In this document: positions 29,332 to 40,366 of the stretch, one piece after another
Layout of the letters: the number at the start of each line of letters is the position of its first letter
How positions within the stretch are numbered: the stretch's first letter is position 1
From: Rebecca billardiae RCC1528
Lineage: Eukaryota; Protista; Haptophyta
Direction: 5' to 3'
Length of the DNA stretch: 64,000 bases
Assembly (NCBI GenBank): GCA_965240325.2
Contig: OZ251224.1
Coordinates: 2,542,001 to 2,606,000, forward strand
Translations under genes and position numbers: made by a program
The notes under the pieces: model-generated
Told to the model about the DNA's origin: nothing
The model's database searches: none
Seen by the model: the letters and a program-made list of their open reading frames with translations, nothing else

Positions 29332-31950
29332 TTAGGCGTTTGGGGGCGGCGCAGCGCCAACGCGCCCCCGCCCCGCGCCCACGCGCCGCACTGGCGCCCT
29401 GCGCCGTGCGCGTGCCTCCGCCGGCGCATCGCCGACGTCCGGCCCCACCTGGCGCCGTACGATCTCGGCGCGCAGCGTGGAATCGCGCGGCAGCTGCACG
29501 ACGCCGCCTCCCAGCGCCGTAAAGTCCGCAGTGTTGCCGCGCTGCGAGTAGTGGAACTCGATGCCTGCGTCCGCGCAGTGCTCGACCGACAGCAGCGGCG
29601 CCGTGACGCGCCGCGACGCCCACGCCTCGATCTCGAGCGTGAGGACCTTGTCGCTGTCGTCGTCCGCCGCAAGCTTGACCACCAGGGTCCCGCGGTGAGT
29701 GACCCGCTCCCGCGCACCGTTCCCCCACTCGATCTGACATGCGCCGTCCACCGGGGTAAGATTCGTCAAATCCTCGGCCATGGCGATGTTCTTCCGTGCG
29801 CCAGTGTCAAACACCAACGCCCGCGTGTTGTCCTCCGGCGGCGCCACGCGTGCCTCGGCCGCCCGCGCCGCGACGATCTCGATGTCCTCGTCGCGCTGCG
29901 CCCTGCCGCCGATAGCCGCGCCAATAGGCGCCAAGCCGAGTCCGGCGCCGGCGCCGCCGCCGTCTCCGGCGTCAGCGTCACCGTCGCCACCAACGGCGCC
30001 GTCGGGCTCGTCACCCTGCTCGGGTGCGAACGCGACCTGCGTGCGGACCGTGCCGCCGCCGTTGCCATTCCCGACCACGGCGCGGGTGCTGCCCCCCGCA
30101 CCGCCGCCGCCACCGCCACCGCCGCTCCGATGTGAGCCACGGCTGCGATCCGACCGCGTCGACGCCGCGTCATCGCCAGCGTTCGAGTCGCGATCAGCCT
30201 GCGTCACCTGCGGGCAGTAACGCTTGATATGCCCCACGGCGCCGCACTTGTAGCAGCGCGGCCCGTGCGCGTCGTCGGAGTCGTCCTGGCCTCCGCGGCC
30301 GGCGCCGCGGCCAGTGCCGCCGCCGCCACCGCCACGAACTCCGCCGCCGCCACCACGGCCAGCCGGCGACGTCGTGTCGCCGCCGCCGCCACCCGCCGAC
30401 GCCGCCGCCGCCTGCGCCAGGCGGAGCCCGTCGATTGGGTGCGCGCGGGTAGCGCCGCCGCCTCCTGGCGTGCGGCCACCCGCCCCTGGGCGCCCAGGGC
30501 CGCCGCGGTCAACCCGCTTGCCCTTGGAGAAGTCCCAGTCCTCGAACTTGCCGTTGAGCTCGTGCACGAGCTCCTGCACGTCGAAGTTCGTCACGGTCCT
30601 GTAGTCCTTCGACTCGTACCGAGTCCGCATCTCGATGCCCGCGCCCACCGACGGAATGAACTCGATGAGCCGCGCAAGCATCTCCGCCGCTGGCGCTGCG
30701 TCACTCAGCTCCTGCAGCAGCACGTGGTTGTGCTGTAGCACCTGGAAGAGCTCGAGGGCGCCGACGCCGTCCTTGCCGCAATCCGGCAGGACCGTCCGGT
30801 GCCAGCGTGCCCGCACCGACATGTACTTCCGCATGTCGTCGGGCTTGCGCATGCGCAGGATCGTCTTCCACAGGTACAGAAACTCGCGCCCCGGCGTAAG
30901 TGCGCCCCGGCGCGCGCGCTCCTCCTGCACCTCCGGCTGCGTCTCCATGAGGCGGTTGATGTGCTGCCACGCAGCCTCCGTCACCCACGACCGCAGCTCG
31001 GTGCGTAAGAAAGCCGTCCCTTTCTCGTACTGCGCCCCGGCGTACTTGGCTGGGTCCGCCTCGTCGCCGTCCGGCGCTGCCTCCAACACGCTCTGTCGGA
31101 GCTTAATGTCCAGCATGGCGTGCTCGCTCGCCTGCCGCTCATGCATCTGATCCTCGGTCTCGCGCTCGCGGCGGTAGAGCTCGCGCGCGCGCGGATCGAG
31201 CGTCACGGCAGCGCCGCCCGCGGGCGCCGCGCCACCGATCCCGCCGGCGCCGCCCGTAGGCGCCGCGCCGACGCCGGCGCCGCCCGCAGGCGTCGCCCCG
31301 TCAGTCCCAGCCGGCGCACCTGCTGCGCCGCCTGTGCCCACACCCGGACCGGGTGTGCCGGCCGCCGGACCCGGAGAAATTCCGGATCCACCGCCCGCCG
31401 CCGGACCTGAACCCGGTCCGGTCGCCGTCGGGCCGCCCGGAGTGGCTAAACCACTCCCTGCGCCCGCCGAGGCAGCCTGCGCGTAGCTTGGCGCCTGCCT
31501 CGCCCCCGCCGCCGCCGCCGCGCGTTCCGCCGCGGCCCGGCGCTCGGCGTGCTCGCGGCGCTCGTGCTCGTGGCGATGGTCAAGCAGCCGCTGCTGCAGC
31601 GCGTAGTTCTCACGCGCCAGGTCCATCCGCTCGGCACTGACCTTGATCATCTTCGCCGCGGATGGGTTAAAGGTCTCCCACGTCGAGTTGTACTCCTCGA
31701 GCGTGTTGATGCGGTGCTCCGCGTTCGGGCCGTGCGTCACGATGATGCCGTTCAGTGCGGACATCGTAGCACCTTGCCCCGCCGGAAGCGCCGCCAGCCT
31801 GCTCGCCGATTGCGCGAGCCAGCGCTGCTGATTGCCCTTGTCGTTGAGCATCCCAACGTCGACCGAGCCGTAGTACCGGCCGCTCGTGCTCATCGGCGCG
31901 ATCGATGAGAAAGCGCCGCGCGTACGATCCCTCCCGATCGCTGCATGCAT
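29332..31950 (-). CDS. Copia gag-protease segment
   Basis: CCHC knuckle CYKCGAVGHIKRYC (about 30215-30255); aspartic protease LVFDTGA (about 29800); PLLSV motif. Confidence 0.88.
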   Translation of the reverse strand: MHAAIGRDRTRGAFSSIAPMSTSGRYYGSVDVGMLNDKGNQQRWLAQSASRLAALPAGQGATMSALNGIIVTHGPNAEHRINTLEEYNSTWETFNPSAAKMIKVSAERMDLARENYALQQRLLDHRHEHERREHAERRAAAERAAAAAGARQAPSYAQAASAGAGSGLATPGGPTATGPGSGPAAGGGSGISPGPAAGTPGPGVGTGGAAGAPAGTDGATPAGGAGVGAAPTGGAGGIGGAAPAGGAAVTLDPRARELYRRERETEDQMHERQASEHAMLDIKLRQSVLEAAPDGDEADPAKYAGAQYEKGTAFLRTELRSWVTEAAWQHINRLMETQPEVQEERARRGALTPGREFLYLWKTILRMRKPDDMRKYMSVRARWHRTVLPDCGKDGVGALELFQVLQHNHVLLQELSDAAPAAEMLARLIEFIPSVGAGIEMRTRYESKDYRTVTNFDVQELVHELNGKFEDWDFSKGKRVDRGGPGRPGAGGRTPGGGGATRAHPIDGLRLAQAAAASAGGGGGDTTSPAGRGGGGGVRGGGGGGTGRGAGRGGQDDSDDAHGPRCYKCGAVGHIKRYCPQVTQADRDSNAGDDAASTRSDRSRGSHRSGGGGGGGGAGGSTRAVVGNGNGGGTVRTQVAFAPEQGDEPDGAVGGDGDADAGDGGGAGAGLGLAPIGAAIGGRAQRDEDIEIVAARAAEARVAPPEDNTRALVFDTGARKNIAMAEDLTNLTPVDGACQIEWGNGARERVTHRGTLVVKLAADDDSDKVLTLEIEAWASRRVTAPLLSVEHCADAGIEFHYSQRGNTADFTALGGGVVQLPRDSTLRAEIVRRQVGPDVGDAPAEARARRRAPVRRVGAGRGRVGAAPPPNA

Positions 31951-32643
31951 ATTGGGTAAACGCGAGCTCCGAGCGTCTCGAGCCCTGCTAAAAGCTCACC
32001 GGCACGTCCTCGGGCGCGTCGTCGGTGACGCCCACGAAGCCAATCTCGACCCTCGCTCCTCTGACGAGCAAAAGTAACCTCCCGCCGAGCTCTTTTCGGC
32101 TCCGGCGGGGTGACCCGGCGTTTGCTGGCCCGGCTCGGGGAATCTCAATGATTCCGAGCCGCACGCCCCGTGCGTCAACCAATCACAGGTGTTCCCGACG
32201 CACCGCCGTAACTGCTGGTCGCACACGGTTTCTGGATCCGTGTGCAGGTTGAATCCGGACGTCCTCGTCCGTGATGAATTTCTGGATGAAACGGTCGTGT
32301 TTGCGTTCTCGAGAACTCCAACACGCTTCCACGATGGCGGCCGGGCCATGCCCGTGCGACGTCACCGTGCCGCGCTGCGCCGGGCCGTACCGCCCGCGCA
32401 CGCGCCGCGTCCGTGTCGCTCCGCGTCCGCGCTGCCGCGTCCGCGCTCCGCGTCCACGTCGATCCGCGCCAGCGCTGCTGCGCTCGCGCTCCTGCCACCG
32501 CGCGCGCCGCGCGCGCGCGCCGCCAGAGCCAGCCACTGCTCCGTAGCTGATGCCGCCGGCCCGCCTGGTGCGGCGCCGGCCCTGACGTCCCAGCGGCGAC
32601 GCCATCTGCTGAGATGCGCGCCCCAGGCTGCGTCAGCTCAACA
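31950..32643 (-). repeat. 5' LTR of the copia element
   Basis: Direct repeat of 25299-25992, offset 6651 bp. Confidence 0.95.
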
Positions 32644-32648
32644 GATTC

Positions 32649-32850
32649 ATATGCTGTATGGTTCACGCAGGCATAAAATCGCTTCGTCGGAGTCGTATCC
32701 ACTACTGGAGAACATCATTTGCACCGCTTCGTTTTCATACATTATGAACCATATATGCTGTATGGTTCACGCAGGCATAAAATCGCTTCGTCGGGGTCGT
32801 ATCCACTACTGGAGAACAACATTTGCACCGCTTCGTTTTCATACATTATA
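32649..32850. repeat. Two tandem units of about 104 bp, AT-rich, inside element copy A
   Basis: atatgctgtatggttcacgcaggcataaaatcgcttcgtcgg...ttttcatacattat occurs twice. A partial unit (gcttcgtcggggtcgtattcactact) lies just left of the copia TSD. Confidence 0.85.
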
Positions 32851-35236
32851 ATATATATATGGTTCATGGACTGCTACGGGGTCGAGCAAAATATCATCGA
32901 TATTCATCAGGCGCACGTGTGCGTATTCATCATCAGCCTTCGGGAATTGGGAGTAGCTATTGGCCTTTTGCCCTCTGGCGAGCCAGTTGTGCGCACTTTA
33001 AGAGCAGGCCTGAGCAGGCTCGAGGCCACTTTTTTGCCGCTCACGTGGACATGATGCCGAGCACGTCTCACGAGGTGCGCGCGGCGAGTGGCGTCTGGAG
33101 CGCGCGGCTGTGGTGGGCCCCGACGGCCGTCGACATCGCGTTCGTGCCCCGCTCACTCTGAACTCCGCGCGCCCCCGCCGCCCTATCGATCGATCATCGA
33201 TGCCTGCGCGCGGAATCGTGCACCGCGCGTGCCGCCCGCGACCGGCCGCGGCAGGCCCGAGCCGCCCTTTCGGGCTCTCGCAAGCACGGGGGCAGCGGCG
33301 CCTGATGGCGGACTGATCGACATCTGAGTCTCCGACTTCACCACGCGCCCCCCTCGTCATGCCTTCCCGGGGTCTCCCACGGAAGACGGACTAACCGAGC
33401 AGGCGACGGTACTGTCTGTACGCTGCCGTGACACACGGCGCCTGGGCAGCGGGCAGTGGTGGCGGGGTCCCGCGGACGTCAGTCTTCCCCTCGCGCCCTG
33501 CTCACCTCGAGTGCGCCGCCACGCGCCTCCGCACGCGTGTCCCATCGATGCGCAGAGCGGCATGCTTGCATGAAAGTTGAAATGGCTGGGTCATCAGCCC
33601 GCGCCGGCAAGTCTGTCTAGCGCTGGACGGACGGACATAGGAGGACGAGCAGCGCGGGCGACGGTGGTGCGCGACGCTCCCAGAGCTGGCCGTGCCTCTG
33701 CGACGCGTGCCGAGCCTGACCGAGGTGTGTCACCCGGTCCACGCGCGGCGCGCGCGAAGGCACCGGTGCTGTGGCTGCTCGGCTCGAATCCGCGGCCTCG
33801 CCTCGCACCGCGGCACCGTGCTCCCTGGCTGTCAGCTCCGCGTGGCCTGGCGTGCACGTAGAGTTGCGCTCATGCGTCGATCACGCCTCGCGCCCGCCTG
33901 TCGGCCGTCGCGCAGGCGCTGGTCGAACCCTACTCGGACCAGTGCAAATCATCTATCCCGTGGCCGCTGCCGGCGCGCGGTGACGGGACAGCGCGGTCAG
34001 CAGCAGGCGCAGCGGCCCGAACGAATCCGCGGCCCCGCACCGTGCTCCCTGGCTGTCTGCTCCGCGTGGCCTGGCGTGCACGTGGAGTCGCGCTCATGCG
34101 TCGATCACGCCTCGTCGCATCCGCCTGTACACAATATCGGCGCCGCGGCGGCGGCTGCGACTGGGCCCGCCCGGCCCCGGGCGCCCCGGCGGCCCGGCGC
34201 GGCCGAGGCGGCGGCGCGCCGCTGGAGTCTACTGCTACAGTTTACTAAGAATAAGAGACGCACACAGCTCAGGCAGGCGAGATTGACGCCCGCCAGCTGT
34301 CACCGCCCATGAAGCCGTCGCCGATGGTAGCGCCGCCGGAAAAAAATCGTTACATCAGTAGTTGTCATACGGGCATGCCAACCGTGCCATTACTGGTCTC
34401 ACTCTCAGCCTCAGGTCTGTCCGAATCGGACAATAGTGAAATTGAATAGAGTTAGACGACTGCGCGACGGAGGGTGCACCGCCACCGCGGGCCCCGAACT
34501 ACGTTCGTTCTACGGAAAAGGACCGCGGAACGCGGTCATAAATAGTGATTGTTCATATATATATATATATATAATGTCCGCCGTATTCTTGCGTCTCGTG
34601 CCGACTACAGTCTACATATGTCGCCCGTGTTTGTATAACTATGGCCGTCCTCGTGAACGGCCGACGCCAAGTGCTGGCCGAAGGTGGGCACGCCTGCGGC
34701 ATAGCTATGCCGAGCAGCGGAGCTGCGTACACGTGTTCGGCCTAAATTAAGCTACTCGACGGCGGTGGAATTTACTACGTGTCCTCATGCCTTGGCGAGC
34801 GGCAGCAGATGCGGTGGGTATGCCCGCTCGCCGTCGATGAAACGCGCCCGCGGCGGTGCGTGAGTGATCCCTGGTCGGTGCACGCGTCGTGCCACCCGCG
34901 TGCGAGCCGCCGCCGCCGGCGACGCAGTCTGACGCGCTTGGCTGGATAGCCATCTCGCCCGCCCGCGCCTGGCGGCAGTGCCGCAGCGCGGCCCGGGGCC
35001 CGGAGATGATCTCCGGGGCCGAGAAAACCCGGATGGACTGTTTGTCCGGGAGCAGCCCTTTGAGGCGATGGTCCGGTAACTAGAGGGTGATGGAGCTGAT
35101 GAGCGGCGCTGACGCGACCGGTGTTCTTGTCGTTCTCTGCTTACTACTATGTATTGTATTACTACTAGACAATATCTTAGCTAGGACATCATCAGTTATG
35201 AATTATTGTCGTATACATGTATATATAGATACCAAT

Positions 35237-36881
35237 GACCGCGTTCCGCGGTCCTTTTCCGTAGAACGAACGTAGTTCAGGGCCCGCGGTGGCGGTGCAC
35301 CCTCCATCGCAGTCGTCTATTGACAGACCCGGAGTTGCATGCCCGTACAACTAGACTCCAGCGGCGCGCCGCCGCCCGCCGCGCCCGGGGCGCGGGCCCA
35401 TCGGCGCACTTCGCAGCCGCCGGCGCGGCGCCGATTGTGTACAGGCGGATGCGACGAGGCGTGATCGACGCATGAGCGCGACTCCACGTGCACGCCAGGC
35501 CACGCGAAGCTGACAGCCAGGGAGCACGGTGCGGGGCCGCGGATTCGTTCGGGCCGCTGCTGCTGACTGACCGCTGTCCCGCCGCGGGTCACCGCGCGGC
35601 CGGCAGCGCCAGGATAGTTAGGTGATTTGCACTGGTCCGAGTAGGGTTCGACCAGCGCCTGCGCGACGGCCGACAGGCGGGCGCGAGGCGTGATCGACGC
35701 ATGAGCGCAACTCGACGTGCACGCCAGGCCACGCGGAGCTGACAGCCCGAGGGAGCACGGTGCCGAGGTCGGAGGTGCGACTGGGCACCAGTCACGGATC
35801 GTTCGCGCACGCCGCGCGTGCACGGGCTGACACACCTCGATCAGGCTCGGCACGCGTTGCAGAGGCACAGCCAGCTCTGGGGACGTCACGCACCACCGTC
35901 GCCCGCGCAGCTCGTCCTCCTCGTAGAGTACCGTTCAGTTCCGAGGCGTAGCCCTCGCTCAGAGTCGACCGTCGACGATGGACTCGGATCGTCGGCGCTC
36001 CCCGGAAAGGCATGGCAAGGGCGGCGCGTGGTGAAGTCGAAGACTCAGAGATCGATCAGTCCGGCATCAGGCGCCGCTGCCCCCGAGCTTGCGAGAGCCC
36101 GAATACAGGGCGGCTGCCGCGGCGCGGCCGGGGCGCCTAGCTAGGCGCCGACCGGCGCGCGGCCGCGCGCAGGCATCGACACGGGGCGGCGGGGGCGCGC
36201 GGAGTGAGCGGGGGCACGAACGCGATGTCGACGGCAGTCGGGACCCGCCGCAGCCGCGCGCTCCAGGCGCAACTCGCCGCGCGCACCTGCCCATCGCCGT
36301 CCTCACCCGTCGGTCGCTCGTCAGCTCGCCTCATCCTCTCGCGGTCTCGCCGCAGCCGTGGCGTAGAAAACGCGGGCCCGCGCGCCCTGGCTCCCGCTCC
36401 GGTGTCAGATAGTATTGAGATTCGCCGAGGTTGGCCCATCGGCTACTGACCCTTGCCTCGTCGGCTCCTGATACAGACACGGCGCGATTGAATAGTTGAT
36501 TCAACTGATTCAAGGGACGTACATGGTCACATCGGTTCGCGGCAATCTCTATCTAGATACGTCATCGCTCCTTGGACCTTGCTGCAATCTCATTGGCCGG
36601 AAAAATCGCTTGTAACGGTTCGTTACGTTAGGGATCCTAAAGGGCGTGAAGTTTTTTGGACGGGCGTCACTCCACGCTTTACTATGAACTTGCCGTGGGC
36701 GCGACCTTTTTCGGCCGTGATGCATGTTAGAGAGGGTCTCAAAATTCGAAACTCGGTCTCCTCCAGCCATGAAAATCGTCCCCCGTCCCTTTTTTCTTGA
36801 TCAAAGATCTTTTTGAAACGTTGTTCGGGCCCGCTGGTGCGGGCTCCACGCTGCGCGCTCCGCCCTGCACCGCGTCAGGCC
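35237..36881 (-). mobile_element. Non-autonomous element copy B, tail-to-tail with copy A
   Basis: Hairpin at 35237-35253, subterminal IR at 35281-35291, 5' end near 36881 (with a TCA insertion). Body is the diverged reverse complement of about 33050-34540 and 24930-25250. Confidence 0.65.
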
Positions 36882-36923
36882 ATAACCCCGCATGTACACA
36901 GGCACACTTACGTACGTACGCGT

Positions 36924-37001
36924 ACACACACACACACTACACACACACACACACACATCATGACATCACACATAATTCATTTCATAAACACACACACTAC
37001 A

Positions 37002-37050
<49 letters not shown>

Positions 37051-37359
37051 GAGAGAGAGAGAGACGGACTGGAGAGAGAGACGAGAGCAGAGTTGCGTAA
37101 TCTCGGCGGCGGAAGTTCGCGACTTATTAATAATAAGTCGTCCGGTCGCGTATTAATACTACTACTACTTTAACAGCAATTACGACAATTTATAATACAG
37201 GCTCGGGCTCCATCGCGGACCGCATCGTGTCGTAGACGTGTTATAGCTAGCTAATAAGCTATAGCTACCGAAAGCCAGCAGAGCTCTAGCATCAGCAGCG
37301 CAGCGCCAGTGCCCAGTCTCATAATCTCACTCATCGTCATCGCTGCTTAGCTTATTTAT
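36924..37359. repeat. Unit 1 of an about 460-bp tandem repeat containing (CA)n and (GA)n tracts
   Basis: Near-identical to 39732-40186 and 40187-40681. Confidence 0.9.
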
Positions 37360-39731
37360 GACCGCGTTCCGCGGTCCTTCCGTAGAACCAACGCAGTTAG
37401 GGGCCCGCGGTGCACCCTCCGTCGGCTGCTCGGCTGCTCAATGTCGTATGAAGATTTATAATGGGCCAGGCCCAGTGGCAGTGGCAGTCTGCGAGAGACG
37501 CGTCGCAAGTTGGCAGTCCAGCTTGCCCGCCGCGTGCGCCGCGGCCGCGATCTCGTCGCCGTCCATGTCCTCGAACAGCTTGGCGGCGTTGGCGATGCGT
37601 CGGGACTTGGCGCGCTCGTCCGATTTGTTCATCGCACCCGCCGCCGCGGCGCCGCCCTCGTCCCGCTGCTTGCGCTTCTCGAGGCGGTTGGAGAGTTGCC
37701 GCGCATCGACCGCGAGCGCGCCGCGTGCGCGCATGCGCCGCCGCCCCGGTGCGCTCCGCTGCCAGCGCCTTGCGTACCTTACGGCGCCGAAAACGGATCC
37801 GGCGCTCAGCGTTGCGCAGCGCGCGTGTGTCCTGGTCGCACGCCTCGCACACGAGCAGCAGCGCCAGCGCCATCTGCGCGTCCTCGTCGACCTCGGCCGA
37901 GTGCAGCGTCACGGGCGCGCCGCCCGCGCGTGCCGCCATCTCCTCGCGCTGCAGCTGCTCTGCGATGGCGCGGTCGCTGCGCAGCTGCTCGGCCAGCGGG
38001 TCGGGCGCGGCGGAGCGCTGCTCGCGCAGGCGGAGCGCGGCGGCGGACGTACTCCTCCAGCGCGGCCTACTCGTCGTTCAGCGGCGCGCCGGGCCGGCAG
38101 CGCGCCCATGATCGCCGACCGTCCGACCGAGAGCCGCGCGCGGCCATGTGTGCGCGCAGCTCCGCCGTCTCCTCCTACGAGAGCATGCCTGCGCGGCGGC
38201 GGCGGCGGCGCGGCCGGGATAGCGCATGCGCGAGGTGCGTCAACAGTCAGCGCCGTACGGCTGGTCGGCGCGCCACGTGCCCGTCGCGCGCGCACGCGCT
38301 GTCGCGCGCGCGCGCGCCGCGCACAGAGCAGCGACGCCGGCAGCTGCAGGTTGTGAGGGGCCGCCACGCTCATCGTCGCGACGCGGAAGACGATCTTGAG
38401 CACGTGGGAGAACGGGCCCGACGCGTCCTTGCGCTGCACGAAGATCAGCTTCATCGGTGGCACCACCGCCGCCATCAGCTGGCCCCTCGTGCACCAGCTT
38501 GGCCAGGCGCGGCGAGCGACCACCTCCAGCGGCCAGGCGGAGTTGACCGCCTTGGCGACAGGGTCCACGCGCCACACCGTCTTGGTGCGCGAGTCCCACG
38601 CGCCCGGAAGCAACGCCTGCGTGGTCTGCGCGTCGGGCAGGTCGAGAAGATGCGCCTCACCATGATCAGGCTCAGCGCCTCGATCACCACCTGCTTCGCC
38701 GTGTCGATCATCTTGGACTTGGCACGCCTTGCTCGCACACGGTCGCGTGTCTTGCCCACCACCTTGGTTAGCACGTGGCAGCGGCGGTCCTGGATGCGCT
38801 GATGCACCTGGCCCGAGAGCAGCGGGTTGTTGCAGCTCGGGCAGAACGCCCGCACGGCCATCTGCGGCGCCAGCACCTGCTCCTTCGCGTCGCGCAGTGT
38901 CGCAGTCGTCACGCGGCCTGCGGTCCGCGCGTGCACGCGGTAGAGTTTCGCCCGGTGTCGTTTCAGAACGGCCCGATGTCGTGCGTCCCCAAGCGCATCA
39001 ACGCGTTCCGCATGCCGAGCCGGTTCGCGTGCGCGTCCAGCAGGAATACAAGGCACTCCCTTGGACAGGCTCCGCAGTTGACGACCTCTTTCACCTCGGC
39101 ACGTGCCTGTTGTAGCTCTCTGATCAAGAACTAGTGCCTTGCGTGCCGGGTACGGGGTAGCTCTCTGATCAGTAGGTTACGACGCGGTGGATTCATTCTC
39201 CTGATGGCTCATTGATGAATACCATTTGTCGTCACGAAGCGGTGGATTCGTTCTCCTGATGGCTCCTTGATGAATACCATTTGTCAGATGGCGACGATCA
39301 GGTAACGAGTGGTAAAGAGTCCGGTCACACGCGACCCGCTTCCTCTGCAATCCCAGCTTTCGGCATACGCGGGTACGATACATTATGGCCCGCGGTGAAG
39401 ATAAATACGATGAGAGTCGTTGCGGCGGCGGCCGGCGAGGCCATATTTATTTTACTATGGTCACACATGAACGAGAGTCTACCCACAATTACCCTGCCCG
39501 GCACACTTGGGCGTGGGTTTCGTTGATTCCTCTGAATACAAAAGAGCCGGGCGCGACCTTTTTCGACGAGGATGCACCTGTAAGGGAGTCTCAAAATTTG
39601 AAACTCGGTCTCCTCCAGCCCTGAAAATCGTCCCCCGTCCCTTTTTTCTTTGATCAAAGATCTTTTTGAAACGTGGTTCGGGCCCGCTGGTGCGGGCTCC
39701 ACGCTGCGCGCTCCGCCCTGCACCGCGGGCC
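37360..39731 (-). mobile_element. Non-autonomous element copy C carrying decayed coding cargo, inserted at a tandem-repeat junction
   Basis: Hairpin at 37360-37376, subterminal IR at 37402-37412, terminal CACCGCGGGCC ending at 39731. The empty site ttatttATgaacgtc is preserved at 40181-40195. Confidence 0.75.
37456..39115 (-). pseudogene. Frameshifted coding remnant of unknown family inside element copy C
   Basis: GC3-rich pieces in successive frames (NCGAC, AFCPSCNNP, AWDSRTKTVWRVDP, VCEACDQD) broken by a stop and frameshifts. Confidence 0.4.
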
Positions 39732-39830
39732 ATGAACGTCGTCATCATCATCACACACACACACTACACACACACACACACACACATCATGACATCACAC
39801 ATAATTCATTTCATAAACACACACACTACA

Positions 39831-39879
<49 letters not shown>

Positions 39880-40283
39880 GAGAGAGAGAGAGACGGACTG
39901 GAGAGAGAGACGAGAGCAGAGTTGCGTAATCTCGGCGGCGGAAGTTCGCGACTTATTAATAATAAGTCGTCCGGTCGCGTATTAATACTACTACTACTTT
40001 AACAGCAATTACGACAATTTATAATACAGGCTCGGGCTCCATCGCGGACCGCATCGTGTCGTAGACGTGTTATAGCTAGCTAATAAGCTATAGCTACCGA
40101 AAGCCAGCAGAGCTCTAGCATCAGCAGCGCAGCGCCAGTGCCCAGTCTCATAATCTCACTCATCGTCATCGCTGCTTAGCTTATTTATGAACGTCGTCAT
40201 CATCATCACACACACACACTACACACACACACACACACATCATGACATCACACATAATTCATTTCATAAACACACACACTACA

Positions 40284-40366
<83 letters not shown>

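Larger units (their letters stand above)
25299..32643 (-). mobile_element. Ty1/copia LTR retrotransposon, full length, recent
   Basis: 694-bp LTRs at 25299-25992 and 31950-32643 (identical translations in the ORF track). 5-bp TSD GATTC at 25294-25298 and 32644-32648. PPT AG7 next to the 3' LTR. Domain order gag-PR-IN-RT-RH. Confidence 0.97.
24930..34537 (+). mobile_element. Non-autonomous element copy A with asymmetric IRs and 3' hairpin (Helitron2/Helentron/Replitron-like); hosts the copia insertion
   Basis: 5' end TTAT|GGCCCGCGGTG at 24930. Subterminal IR CACCGCGGGCC at 34483-34493. Terminal hairpin GACCGCG-GAA-CGCGGTC at 34521-34537, then AT. Homologous to copies B and C. Confidence 0.65.

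Noticed and set aside
24930-36881. One foldback transposon with long TIRs
   Set aside because: Better explained as two tail-to-tail copies of an asymmetric element, because copy C shows both ends on a single insertion with an empty site.
37456-39115. TnpB/Fanzor or HUH Rep in element copy C
   Set aside because: The CxxC pairs are too far apart, and I could not see RuvC (DPG/E/DxNA) or HUH/Tyr motifs.
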